Source of the DNA: Chiloscyllium plagiosum
Lineage: Eukaryota
Direction of reading: 5' to 3'
DNA length: 34,587 nucleotides
Assembly: GCF_004010195.1 (NCBI RefSeq)
Contig: NC_057718.1
Span: forward strand, 2,212,361 to 2,246,947
Shown here: piece after piece, positions 12,440-24,117 of the stretch
Position numbering within the stretch: the stretch's first letter is position 1
Layout: each line of letters opens with the position of its first letter
Translations under genes and position numbers: made by a program
The notes under the pieces: model-generated
Told to the model about the DNA's origin: nothing
Seen by the model: only the letters and a program-made list of their open reading frames with translations
Database searches by the model: none

Positions 12440-13572
12440 TTTTTATTCAGTCATGGGATGTGAGTATGACTGGCTGGGCCATGGTTTTATTGTCCCTCTG
12501 TGGATGCCCTGGAGGTGGTGGTGATGAGCGGAGATAGAGTCAGAGACAGACAGCACAGAAGCAGACCCTTTGGTTCAACCCGTCCATGCCGACCAGATAT
12601 CGCAACCCAATCTAGTCTCACCTGCCAGTACCCAGCCCATGTGCCTCTAACCATTCCTATTCATTTACCCATCCAAATGCCTTTTAAATGCTATAATTCT
12701 AGCAGCCTCTACCACATCCTCTGGCAGCTCATTCCATACACGTATCACCCTCTGTGTAAAAACATTGCTCCTTAGGTCCCTTTTAAATTTTTCTCTTCTC
12801 ACCTTAAACCTATGTCCTCTAGTTCTGGACTCCCCTCATGATTTTGTAAACCTCTATAAGGTCACCCCTCAGCCTCCGACGCTCCAGGGAAAACAGCCCC
12901 AGCCTATTCAACCTCTCCCTATAGCTCAAATCCTCCAATCCTTGTAACTCTTTTCTGCACCCTTTCAAGTTTCACATCATTCTTCCGGGTGAAGGGGAAC
13001 CCGAAGCTGGTAGTGCTCCCATGTATCTGCTGCCTTTGTCCTTCTAAATGGAAGTGTTCATGGGTTTGGACAGCGCTAGCTGAAGATTTTTGGTGAATTT
13101 CTGCAGTGCATCTTGTAGATAGTACACACTGCTGCTACTGAGTGTCAGTGGTGGAGGGAGTGGATGTTTGTGGATGTGGTGCCAATCATGCGGGCTGCTT
13201 TGTCCTGGATGATGTCAAGCTTCTTGAGTGTTGTTGGAGCTGCCCCCATCCAGACAAGTGGGGATTATTCCATCACACCCCTGACTTGTGCCTTATAGAT
13301 GGTGGGCAGGCTTTGGGGAGTCACAAGGGGAGTTACTGCAGAATTGCTCGTCTCTGATCTGCTCTTGTCGCCAGTGTTTATGTGGGGTGTCCAGTTGAGT
13401 TTTGGGTCCATGTTGTTGATAGTGGGGGATTCAGTGATGGTAACATCATTGAACGTCAAGCGGCAGTGCTTAGATTGTCTCTAATTGGAGATGGTCATTG
13501 CCTGGCCTTTGTGTGGCATGAATGTTACTTTCCATGTATCAGTTCAAACCTGGATATTGTCCAGATCTTGCA
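12440..13572 (-). mobile_element. Second CR1/L2-group LINE family, 3' end (split by a CR1 at 12532-12985)
   Basis: ORF 13265-13459(-) LNWTPHIN...TPQSLPTIYKAQVRGVME; tail at 12440-12528 matches 29880-29945. Confidence 0.75.
12532..12985 (-). mobile_element. CR1 3' end with internal deletions
   Basis: Collinear with 19497-20005 (cctctggcagctcattccatacac, ggtcacccctcagcctccga). Confidence 0.85.
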
Positions 13573-14345
13573 GTTTTTAATACAGATAACATTCCCTAAA
13601 ATGTAACAAGTGACAATGATGAAAGTTGCTTCTAATGTTTGAGGTGTTTATTTTTCAATTCACTGAGAGAAGGCTGCTGGAGTTACAGTTTGCATCATTC
13701 CTCCCCCTGTCCATCGTCCATGTTCGAGAGCAGAGAGCTGTGTGGACCCGAGCTGCTGGGGAAGGATCACTCCCAGAGTGGTTCCCAGGGTTAGGCAATG
13801 CAGGCAGGTCCACACTGATGGGAAGGTGTACACCTCATTCCTCTGCAATGTGTGGGAAGATTCATAACTCGTTGAGGCAAGCACACTTCACATTCCTGAG
13901 AGTGCGAATGCACACAAACACCTTCGGGAGTCTCAGCTGGAACACACCTCAGAGCCTCACCATTCCACTGAGGCAGCAGCTTGTTGGAAGGGAAGCTGAA
14001 ATGTTCAGGAGGCTTGTTTTCAGACCAGGTGTGATGATTCACCTGCTTATTCTCAAACACAGAGAACAACCGTCCGCCATGTTCTCACTGAGGAGGAAGC
14101 CAGGCTCAGCGCCGAAACACAGGGATCAGTCAGATCTTCCACTCCAGCAGACTTTCCCAAATCACTGCAATTTCAAATCCTGCAATTATCAATCAACTGA
14201 AGTTCCTGCACTAGGAAGCTTCTGAACAGTGGCGCCCACGTTATGACCAGCACCAAAACATTCAGGGACTTTGTCTAAAATGTGTTGTAGGCACAAGCTG
14301 ACAGGAAACAATTCACTATGTTTAGCACAACAGCCACAACTGCGT

Positions 14346-14382
14346 GTACACACACACACGTAGACACAAACACACACAGACA
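14346..14382. repeat. Imperfect (CA)n microsatellite
   Basis: acacacacacacgtagacacaaacacacacagacaga. Confidence 0.7.
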
Positions 14383-14389
14383 GATACCT

Positions 14390-14870
14390 GGAAGGTGGTG
14401 GGTGCTGCCTTCTCAACTGATACATTCCCTGGATCATAGGTATGTTCAAGGTGCCAGTCAAGTGAGCCGCTTTCTCCTGGATGGTGTCAAGCTTTTTGTT
14501 GGAGTTGCACCCATCCAGGGCAAGTGGGGAGTATTCCATCACACTCCTGACTTGTGCCTTGTAGATGGTGGGCAGGCTTTTGGGAGTCAGGAGGGGAGTT
14601 ACTCTCTGCAATATTCCCAGCATTTAACTAGCTCTTGTTGCCACCGTGTTCATGTGGTGAGTCCAGTTGAGCTTTTGGTCAATGTAACCCCCCACCCCCC
14701 CAGGATGTTGATCATGGAGGATTCAGTGATGGTAACACCGTCGAATGCCAAGGGGTGATGGTTTGATTCTGTCCTGTTGGAGATGGTCATTGCCTGGAGG
14801 TCACACGAGGTGAAGGTGCTGCCTACCAGTCAATGCCTGGATATTGTCTAGATCTTGCTGCATTTGGGTA
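14390..14870 (-). mobile_element. Second copy of the CR1/L2-group LINE RT C-terminus
   Basis: ORF 14189-14623(-) LLTPKSLPTIYKAQVRSVMEYSPLAL...KKLDTIQEKAAHL; collinear with 13170-13572. Confidence 0.8.
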
Positions 14871-15611
14871 TGAACTACTCCAGTTCCAATCCCTTCAGTC
14901 TCATTGTTATTCGGCACAGACTGTCCCAGCAAAGTACAGTACTGTTTTGACTGACAGTAAAACTCACTCTGTGATGCAGGTCAGCAACATTTCATCTGAG
15001 GTCATTCATTATCCATCCAGACACAGGATACAGCCGGTACTAACCTGCGAGGCCAACTAGGCACGCAAACAGGTTGCACCATTCCTGGGAGGGGCTTCTG
15101 TGAATATCAGGAACACATGAAAACTTTCAGAATGTCTTCAAATAGAGAAACACCAGGATTGAGGAGATTACAGACCCCTCTGATCTTTCCCTCATCTGAG
15201 GTCCAACTCCTCCAATTTTATCACTGAGGACGGGATTTTCCCTGTCTTGGGAAGTTGGAGACCTGGGATTTGCCAGCCTGCTTTAGTCTAAACAGTGCTG
15301 CCAGACTCCATGCCCACTCTGTGCAGCCATGGGAAGGGTTGTCTCCTACTCATTGGTTCCAGAAGCAGCCCCTGGGCAGCCAGGTTAGGGAAGAAAGCCT
15401 GGGAGGTCAGCCAGTTGTTGTAGAAGTTCCCTTAGTCCCTCTAGCTTCACCCACTGACCCCACAGCCACTGTCTGTGCTCCCTTCACTGTGACTCACACA
15501 GTGTCAGCAATGGGCACGCCTTCAGGAACCAATAGGCTCATACAGCTCTCATTCATGAAAAAAAATCCAGAATGACAGCCCAAGCTTTAAATCTCTGCAA
15601 GTGTCCAATCT

Positions 15612-16452
15612 ACTGTAGGAACCAGGAGCAGGGGTAGGCCGTCTGGCCCATCAAACCGCCCCGCCATTTAATAAGATCATGGCTGATCATTTCATGGCCT
15701 CAGCTCCACTTACCTGCCCTCTTACCATAACCTTTAATCCCTTTACTGTTCAAAAACATATCTTTGCCTTAAAGACATTTACTGAGGAAGCCTCACCTAC
15801 TTCACTGGGCAGGGAGATTCCTCTGAGTTCCTTCTCAGCTCAGTCCTAAATCTGTCCCCTCTAATCTTGAGGCTATGCCCTCTCGTTCTAGTTTCACCCG
15901 CCAGTGGAAACATCCTCTCGACTTCTATCTTATCTATTTTCTTCAGAATGTTATGTTTCTGTAAGATTCTCCCCTCATTCTTCTGAATTCCAATGAATAT
16001 AATCCCTGTGTACTCAGTCTCTCCTCATAAGCCAACTCCCTCGACTCTGGAACCAACCGAGTGAACCTCCTCTGCACCCCCTCCAGTGCCAGTACATCCT
16101 TTCTCAAGTAAGGAGACCAAAACTGCACACAGTACTCCAGGTGCGGCCTCACCAACACCCTGTACAGCTGCAGCATAACCTCCTGCTTTTAAACTCAATC
16201 CCTTTAACAATAAAGGACCAAATTCCATTTGCCTTCCTAATTACCTGCTGCACCTGCAAACCAATATTTTGTGATTCATGCAGAAGGACACCCAGGTCTC
16301 TCTGCACAGCAGTGTGTTGCAGTTTATAACCATTTAAATAGTAGTCCATTTTGCTGTTATTCTTACCAAACTGGATGCCCTCACATTTACCAAAATTGTA
16401 CTCCATCTGGCAGACCCTTGCCCGTTCACTTAACCGATCTATATCCATCTGC
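15612..16452 (-). mobile_element. CR1 3' end (RT C-terminus plus 3' UTR)
   Basis: ORFs 16149-16478(-) and 15943-16176(-): [47 protein letters not shown]. Confidence 0.9.
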
Positions 16453-16716
16453 ATTCGACATTGTAAAAGCAAATGCATTTCTGTTGAGGCTCAACAGCAA
16501 TCAATTAGGTCATCAGGCCATTGGGTCCAATATGGTCACCAACCTCATTTCATTTGGTGATCTCCCCCCTCCATCCCCACTGCCACCAGGCTGGTAGTCC
16601 CCCAGCCCCACACAGCTTACATCTACCTCCTTCCAAAAATCCACAGACCAGACAGCCTGGGAAGACCCGTTGTTTCTACCTGCTCCTGCCCCACAGGACG
16701 CAGCTCTTCCTACCTT

Positions 16717-16819
16717 CATCCTGGAGGCTTCCTGCCTCTATTCTTGAGAAACGTCGATTTTCCTGCTCCGCGGATGCTGCCTGACCTGCTGTGCTTTTCC
16801 AGCACCACTCTGATCTAAA
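16717..16819 (+). mobile_element. Short pLTR (family A) insertion inside the PLE RT
   Basis: 13-bp TSD CTCTTCCTACCTT at 16704-16716 and 16820-16832; contains gaaacgtcgattttcctgctcc...ttttccagcacc. Confidence 0.8.
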
Positions 16820-17044
16820 CTCTTCCTACCTTGACTCAGTCCTTTCACCCCGGTCCAGTCCCTGCCCACATACATCCAGGGTTCCTCTGATGCTTTACTC
16901 CAGCATCAGAATGTCCAGTTTGTGGGCTCTTATTCCCTCCTCTTTACAAAGCCTGTGCAATCCCTTTACACATCCATCCCCCAACCCCAGGATGGTCTCA
17001 GGACTCTCCACATCTCCCTGGAACAACAGCCGCAACCATCTCCG

Positions 17045-17970
17045 CCCAGCCAGGCCCATCCTCACCCTTAAACCTCCCCATCCCCATTACCCTCCTCCAC
17101 CCAGCTGGGCCCATCCTCACCCTGAAACCACCCCATCCCCCCCACCACCCTCCACCTGACCGGGCCCATCCTCACCCTGAAANNNNNNNNNNNNNNNNNN
17201 NNNNNNNNNNNNNNNNNNNNNNNNNNNNNNNNNNNNNNNNNNNNNNNNNNNNNNNNNNNNNNNNNNNNNNNNNNNNNNNNNNNNNNNNNNNNNNNNNNNN
17301 NNNNNNNNNNNNNNNNNNNNNNNNNNNNNNNNNNNNNNNNNNNNNNNNNNNNNNNNNNNNNNNNNNNNNNNNNNNNNNNNNNNNNNNNNNNNNNNNNNNN
17401 NNNNNNNNNNNNNNNNNNNNNNNNNNNNNNNNNNNNNNNNNNNNNNNNNNNNNNNNNNNNNNNNNNNNNNNNNNNNNNNNNNNNNNNNNNNNNNNNNNNN
17501 NNNNNNNNNNNNNNNNNNNNNNNNNNNNNNNNNNNNNNNNNNNNNNNNNNNNNNNNNNNNNNNNNNNNNNNNNNNNNNNNNNNNNNNNNNNNNNNNNNNN
17601 NNNNNNNNNNNNNNNNNNNNNNNNNNNNNNNNNNNNNNNNNNNNNNNNNNNNNNNNNNNNNNNNNNNNNNNNNNNNNNNNNNNNNNNNNNNNNNNNNNNN
17701 NNNNNNNNNNNNNNNNNNNNNNNNNNNNNNNNNNNNNNNNNNNNNNNNNNNNNNNNNNNNNNNNNNNNNNNNNNNNNNNNNNNNNNNNNNNNNNNNNNNN
17801 NNNNNNNNNNNNNNNNNNNNNNNNNNNNNNNNNNNNNNNNNNNTCCTCACCCTGAAACCTCCCCATCCTCTCACTCTCCTCCACCTGACTGGGCCCATCC
17901 TCACCCTGAAACCTTCCCATTCCACACCCCCCCCACTCTCCTCCACCCGGCCGGGCCCATCCTCACCTTT
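17045..17970. repeat. ~55-bp C-rich minisatellite spanning an assembly gap
   Basis: GGCCCATCCTCACC at 17053, 17108, 17163, 17892, 17954; N run 17183-17843. Confidence 0.85.
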
Positions 17971-19391
17971 AACAACTTCTCTTTTACCCCCTCTCCATTG
18001 CTTCAGGTCAGAGGGGTGGCCGTGGGTACTCACAATGGCCCCCGTGATGCCTGTCTCTCCATGGGGTAGACGGAACATTCTTTGTTCCAGTCCTACTTTG
18101 GCCCCCACCCACAACTCTCACCGATATATCGATGGTCCTATTCATGCTGCTTCTCTCTCTCGTCCAGAATTGGAAAAGTTCATCAATTTTGCTTCCAATT
18201 TCCACCCCACCCTCACCTTCAATTGGTCCATCTCGGACTTCCCCTTTCCTTCCTCAACATCTGTTTCTGGGGATAGACTGACCATTAATCTCCATGATAA
18301 ACCACCGACTCCCCCAGCTACCTGGACTATACATCCTCTCACCCTATTTACTGTAAAGACTCTATTCCACTCTCCCAGTTTCTCCCTCTCTGTTGCATAT
18401 GTTCCAATGAGGCCAACTTTGACAAGGGAGCCTCTGAAATGAGCACCTTCTTCCTCATCTGAGGATGCCCCAGCACTGTTGTTGACAGGGCCCTCAACTA
18501 CGTCTGGTCTATCTCCTGCACTTACACCCTTACTCCCTCCCATCCCCTGCAGCATCCACATCCAGAGGATCATCAGTTACCATATCCACCACCTCCAGTG
18601 AGATGCCTCCACCAGACACATATCCCCCTCCCCTCCCTTGTCCGCCTTCCACAGGGACTGTTCCTTCCGGGACACCCTGGTCCACTCCCAACACCCCCCA
18701 CATCCCCAGGCACCTTCCCCTGCACCCCCCGAAGGTGTCCCACCTGCCCATGTCCCTCTCCCTCCTCAGGATCCAAGGGCCCAAACACACCGTCCAGGTG
18801 AAGCAGCACTTTCCCTGCCCTTCCCACAATCTAGTCGACTGCACTCGCTGCTCACAATGTGGTCTCCCCTACACTGGGGGGAGCAAAGTGTAGACTGGGT
18901 GACCCCTTCACAGAACATCTACGTCCTGCCCACAAAACAGACCCTGAGCTTCCAGTTCCCTGTCACTGTAATCCCCCCCCACCCTGTTCCGGCCAACATC
19001 TCTGTCTCAGGCTGGCTGCAGTGCTCCAGTGAAGCTCAGCACAAGCTGGAAGAACAGCACCTCACCTTCCCCTCGGGGACCCTGCAGCCCTCCGCACTCA
19101 ATATCGAGTTCAGTAACTTTAGGGCCTGATCTCCCCCATGTCCCAGCCCCCTACCCCATACACCAGGCCTTGTTATCACATAGTCTGCCATTACACACAA
19201 CCCATTGTTAACCACTAACAGTCTCCATTAACAGTGATTCACCCTCCCAGCCTGATCATTATTCACTCCTTTGTCTGTCCAACTGCTCTTCACTCCCTTT
19301 GGACTCTATCCCCACCTATTGATTACTTCTAACCCCTCGCCCCATCCTATCTTCTGCATATAAACTAACTTTTTCCCAGTCACCATTAGTT

Positions 19392-19425
19392 CTGAGGAAA
19401 GGGTCACTCAACTTGAAACATTAAC
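19392..19425 (+). ncRNA. Degenerate hammerhead motif in the PLE 3' pLTR
   Basis: gtt-CUGAGGA-aaGGGUC-acuc-AACUU-GAAA-CAUU-aac; flanking GUU/AAC could form stem I. Confidence 0.45.
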
Positions 19426-19496
19426 ACTGATTTCTCTCCACAGATGCTGCCTGACCGGTTGAGCTTTTCCAGCAGTTGTGTTTTTGTCTGAGAGTA

Positions 19497-20005
19497 AATA
19501 GAGTCATAGAGGTGTACAGCATGGAAACAGACCCTTTGATCCAACCCGTCCATGCCAACCAGATATCCCAACCCAATCTAGTCCCACCTGCCAGCACCCG
19601 GCCCATATCCCTCCAAACCCTTCCTATTCATATACCCATCCAAATTCCTCTTAAATGTTGCAATTGTACCAGCCTCCACCACTTCCTCTGGCAGCTCATT
19701 CCATACACACCACCCTGTGTGTGAAAAAGTTGCCCCTTAGGTCTCTTTTATAATGTTTCCTCTCTCACCCTAAACCCATGCCCGCTATTTCTGGACTCCC
19801 CCATCCCAGGGAAAAGACTTTGTCTATTTACCCTATCCATGCCCCTCATGATTTTATAAACCTCTAGAAGGTCACCCCTCAGCCTCCGATGCTCCAGGGA
19901 AAACCGCCCCAGCCCACACAACCACTCCCTGTAGCTCAAACCCTCCAACCCTGGCAACATCCTTGTAAACCTTTTCTGAACCTTTCAGGTTTCACAACAT
20001 CCTTC
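19497..20005 (-). mobile_element. CR1 3' end
   Basis: ORF 19748-19960(-) MLPGLEGLSYREWL...RRLRGDLLEVYKIMRGMDRV; CTATGACT tail. Confidence 0.9.
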
Positions 20006-20188
20006 TGTTTGATTAGCTTCTTTACATTTCCTGTGAAACTGAGCTCAGACTCTCTGTATAGATTAGTCTTAGATTCAAACGTTAGCCAAGTCATTGAGTC
20101 ACAGAGGCTAACAGCAAGGTATTCAAAAAGGCACAAGGTCTTCAGAAATGCCAACTCGCATTGAGAGGGTGATTCTGCCTGAATCTGC

Positions 20189-20550
20189 ACCAGTCCAGTG
20201 CTTCTATTCAACACCGGCCCCATCTAAACAACCCAGGACACAGACAGCACGGGGTTAGACACAGAGTAAAGCTTCCTCTACATTGTCCCTCATCAAACAC
20301 TCCCAGGACAGGGACAGCACACCAGTCCAGTGCTTCTATTCAACACCGGCCCCATCTAAACAACCCAGGACACAGACAGCACGGGGTTAGATACAGAGTA
20401 AAGCTTCTTCTACATTGTCCCTCATCAAACACTCCCAGGACAGGGACAGCATGGGGTTAGATACAGAGTAAATCTCCCTCTACACTGTCCCCATCAAACA
20501 CTCCCAGGACAGGGACAGCACGGGGTTAGATACAGAGTAAAGTTCCCTCT
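20189..20550. repeat. 69-70 bp tandem repeat with a 132-bp higher-order duplication
   Basis: GGGGTTAGAYACAGAGTAAA at 20251, 20383, 20453, 20522; ACCAGTCCAGTGCTTC at 20189 and 20321. Confidence 0.9.
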
Positions 20551-20583
20551 ATAAACCAAAAGTAACACTCCGTTTGTATATTT

Positions 20584-21599
20584 GTCAAAAAGTGTGGTGC
20601 TGGAAAAGCACAGCCGGTCAGGCAGCACCTGAGCAGGAGAGTCGACGTTTCAAGCGTAAGCTCTTCATCAGGAATGAGGGGAAGGGGAAGGGGGCTGAGA
20701 GATAGATGGGAGGGGGTGGGGCTAGGAGGAGGAAGGTAGCTGGGAATGCGATAGCTAGATGAAGCTGGGGGTGAAGGTGATAGGTTGGAGCGGATAGGTG
20801 GGAAGGAAGATGGACAGGTAAGACAGTTCAAGAGGATGGTGCCGGGTTGGGGGGTTGGATCTGGGATGAAGTGGGGGGAGGGGAGATGAGGAAACCAGTG
20901 AAGTCGATGTTGGCGCTGTGTGGTTGGAGGGTCCCAAGGCAGAAGATGAGGTGTTCTTCCTCCAGGTGTCAGGGTGGCTAGCATTTGGTGATGGAGGAAG
21001 CCCAGGACCTGCATGCCCTTGGTGGAGTGGGAGGGGGAGGTTGAAGTGTTTGGCCACAGGCCGGTGGGGTTGATTGGTGCGTGTGTCCCAGAGATGTTCC
21101 CTGAAATGTTCCGTGAGTTGGCATCCTGTCTCCCCAATGTAGAGGAGACCACATCAAGTGCAATGTACACAGTAGGTGAGGTGTTTGGATATACAGGAAA
21201 ATCTCTACCGGATGTGGAAGGATCCTTTGGAGCCTTGGATGGTGAGGTGAGGTGAGAGGGGTGGGTGAGGGTTGTGACAAGGTCTTGTTGTGACAAGGGA
21301 AAGTGCTGGGTGTGGAGGGTGGGTTTGTGGGGTTGTGGACCTCACAAGGGAGTCATAGCGGGAATGGTCTCTGTGGAACAATGGTAGGAGTAGCGTGGGA
21401 AATATACCACTGGTGATAGGATCTTAATGGCGGAGTGTGATGCAATGTATGCGGAGGTTGGTGGGGTGGAAGGTAGGACCAGGGGGGTTCTGTCCTTGCT
21501 GCAGTTGGAGGGGTGGGGCTCAACTGCAGAAGTGAGGGAAATGGAGGAGATGCACTGGAATCGCTGACCACATGGAAAGGGAAATTGCAGTCCTTGAAG
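20584..21599 (-). mobile_element. PLE 3' part (GIY-YIG plus pLTR), left arm of inverted pair
   Basis: Minus strand ~21200-21090 reads KHLTYCVHCT*CGLLYIGETGCQLTEHFREHL; pLTR at 20584-20675. Confidence 0.88.
20644..20671 (-). ncRNA. Minimal hammerhead ribozyme motif
   Basis: Minus strand reads CUGAUGA-A-GAGC-UUAC-GCUU-GAAA-CG-UC. Confidence 0.65.
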
Positions 21600-21600
21600 T

Positions 21601-22495
21601 TGGTCGATGATGCCCTCCAATGTATCTCCCCCACTTCCTGCACCTCTGTCCTTGCAGCCCACCCCTTCCAAAGCAACAAGGACCAGAAACCGCGCCCACC
21701 CACCCGGTCCTCACCTTCCACCCCACCAACCTCTGGATACATGGCATTGCCCTCCGCCATTCAGATGCTACATTTCCACAACCTACAATTAGACCCCACC
21801 ACCAGAGGTGTATTTCCCTCCCACCCCCATCAGTGTTCTGCAGAGACTATTCCCTCTGTGCCTCCCTCGTTAGATCCACACCACCCCCACCAATGCATCC
21901 TCTACAACTGGCACCTGCCCTTGCCACTCCAGGAGGTATAAACCCTGCACCCACACCTCCTCCCCTCAATTCCATCCAAAGCCCCAAAGGATCCTTCCAC
22001 ATCTGGCAGGGATTTTCCTGCACATCCAAACACCTCATCTACTGTGTCCATTGCTCTCGATGTGGATTTGACAGGATGCCAACTCACTGAACACTTCATG
22101 GAACATCTCTGGGACACACGCACTAAACAACCCCAAGGCCCTGTGGCTGACCACTTCAACCTCAGATCCAACCCTCCAACTCGGCACTGCCCTCTTGAAC
22201 TCTCCAACCTGTCCCATCTATCCGCTCCACCCCCCTCTCTGACCTGTCACCATCACCCCCCAGCTCCACCTACCTGTCATATTCCCAGCCTCCTTCTCCC
22301 CAGCCCCACGTCCACCCCTTCAACCCCCTCCCATTTATCTCTCAGCCCCCTTGGGCACCTCCCACATTTCTGATGAAGGGCTTATGCTCAAAACGTCAAC
22401 TCTCCTGCTCGTCAGATGCTGCCTGACCTGCTGTGCTTTTCCAGCAACACACTTTTTGACTCTGATCTCCAGCATCTGCAGTCCTCACTTTCTCC
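21601..22495 (+). mobile_element. PLE 3' part (GIY-YIG plus pLTR), right arm of inverted pair
   Basis: PVLTFHPTNL, GPK-like SPKGSFHIWQGFSCTSKHLIYCVHCSRCG, PVADHFN; pLTR 22370-22495 ending gcagtcctcactttctcc. Confidence 0.88.
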
Positions 22496-22499
22496 GTCT

Positions 22500-23205
22500 G
22501 TAATGGTAAGATTCTTGGTAATGTAGATGAGCAGAGAGATCTCAGTGTCCAGGTACGTAAGATCCCTGAAAGTTGCCACTCAGATTGATAATGTTGTTAA
22601 GAAGGCGTACAGTGTGTTAGCTTCTATTGGGAGAGGGATTGGGTTTCAGAGCCACGAGGTCATGCTGCAGCTGTACAAAACTCTGGTGCGGAGGCACTTG
22701 GAGTATTGCGTACAGTTCTGGTCACCACATTATAGGAAGGATGTGGAAGTGTTGGAAAGGGTTCAGAGGAGATTTATTAGGATGTTGTCTGGTATGGAGG
22801 GAAGGTCTTATGAGGAAAGGCTGAGGATTTGAGGCTGTTTTTATTCGAGAGAAGAAGATTGAGAGGTGACTTGATAGAGACATTCAAGATGATCCGAGGG
22901 TTAGATAGGGTGGACAGTGAGAGTCTTTTTCCTCAGCTGGTGACGGCTAGCACAAGGGGGCATAGCTTTAAATTGAGGGGTGATAGATATAGGACAGATA
23001 TCAGAAATAGTTTCTTTACTCAGAGTAGTAGGGGAGGGAGCGCACTGCCTGCAACAGTAGTAGACTCGCCGACTTTAAGGGCACTTAAATGGTCATTGGA
23101 TAGACATATGGATGAAAATGGTTAGATGGGCTTCAGATTGGATTCGCAGGTCGGTGCAACATCAAGGGTCGAAGGGCCTGGACTGCGCTGTAATGTTCTA
23201 TGTTC
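22500..23205 (+). mobile_element. CR1 3' end
   Basis: ORFs 22527-22832 and 22829-23125: [36 protein letters not shown]; tail tgttctatgttc. Confidence 0.92.
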
Positions 23206-23514
23206 AACGTTGGCTGTCCAGCCAACTCATGCACACTGATGTCCTTCTACTCCTCCCCATCCTTCTGAATCCCATATCTCATTATACTCTCTGACCTTGC
23301 CCTCTCTGGCACTGACCAACTCCCCCACCCAGCAACTGGCTGTATTTTATCTGTTATCCCCAACCTCAGAAATAGTGGGGAAACACTACAGTCCACTAAC
23401 ACTCCTGATCCCCTCTCCGTGAGTTCTCACTTCCTGAGAGAGAGAGTTTGTGTGTGTGTGAGAGAGAAAGAAAGAGAGAATGTGCGACTATGTGCATGAG
23501 TATGAGAATGTTTT

Positions 23515-23790
23515 TTAATTCAATTACAGGATGTGGGTGTCACTGGCTCAACCGGAATTTATTGCTCATCCCTCATTCCCCAGAGGGCAGTAGAGAGTCA
23601 CCCACATTGCTGTGGGTATGGAGTCACATGTAGGCCACACCAGGTAAGGATGGCAGCTTCATTCCTCAAAGGCCACTCAGCAATGGTTTCATGGTGATAA
23701 TTAGGCTGCCACGGTGGAATGTGAACCTGGATCCACAGGACATTATCAGGGTCTCAGAATTAATAGTCTAACCATAATACCACTCGGCCT
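23515..23790 (-). mobile_element. tRNA-derived SINE
   Basis: Minus strand has a tRNA-like head (agtggtattat...GGTTCACATTCC B-box-like) and a body/tail matching 375-555. Confidence 0.65.
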
Positions 23791-23804
23791 TCATCTCAAT
23801 GGTC

Positions 23805-24025
23805 TGTGCACGTCTGTCTGAGTGCAAATGCATGTGTCTGTGTGTGTCTCTGTACTCACCTTTGTGTCTGTGTGTGTATGTGCGTGTGTGTGTCTGTATG
23901 TGTGCGTGTGCGTGCGTGCATCTTTGTCTGTGTGTGTGTGCCTGTCTGTTGAGTGCGTGTCTGTATGTGTGTGGGTCTCACTGGCAGTGCGTGTGCATTT
24001 CTGAGTGTATGAGTGTGCGTGCCTG
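23805..24025. repeat. Long degenerate (TG)n tract
   Basis: ~220 bp of TG/CG/TC dinucleotides. Confidence 0.9.
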
Positions 24026-24117
24026 AGTACGAATGTTGGTTTGTGTTCATAGCACAAGGCACTGCATGGTCTTTAACTACCATTTACTGTAGACATTTTA
24101 TCTTTTCGTGTTTACAG

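Larger units (their letters stand above)
16480..19488 (+). mobile_element. Decayed Penelope-like retroelement (Neptune-type): RT, Cys linker, GIY-YIG and 3' pLTR
   Basis: YLLPKIHRPDSLGRPVVS (~16624-16677), QVRGVAVGT (~18004), RYID (~18122), GTFPCTPRRCPTCP (Cx4CxxC linker), CTRCSQCGLPYTG, KLEEQHLTFPSGTLQPSALNIEFSNF, then pLTR 19392-19488; many frameshifts. Confidence 0.88.

Noticed and set aside
14088..14135. CTGAGGA...GAAAC hammerhead-like boxes outside a pLTR
   Set aside because: Stem II is only 2 bp and no compatible stem III with an NUH triplet can be formed.
13626..14225. 199-aa ORF in unique sequence
   Set aside because: TTG start, no recognisable motif and no convincing splice signals; likely chance.
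13602..14245. TGT...ACA segment followed by TGGCGCCCACGT, like an LTR plus tRNA-Lys primer-binding site
   Set aside because: Only 9 nt match, and no second LTR, poly(A) signal or gag-like sequence follows.
17068..18114. Long ORFs of 348 and 267 aa (and similar ones at 25171-25798)
   Set aside because: Artefacts of N runs being translated as X.
20189..20550. CRISPR-like repeat/spacer appearance
   Set aside because: Eukaryotic context, units are contiguous tandem copies with no unique spacers, and there are no cas genes.
20526..21296. 256-aa minus-strand ORF as a gene
   Set aside because: Frame-shifted read-through of decayed PLE sequence in a C-rich, stop-poor strand.
20568..22502. CTCCGTTTGTA / CTCCGTCTGTA as TSD of the inverted PLE
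   Set aside because: Imperfect, offset from the left boundary, and overlapping both the element end and the next CR1; cannot be distinguished from chance.
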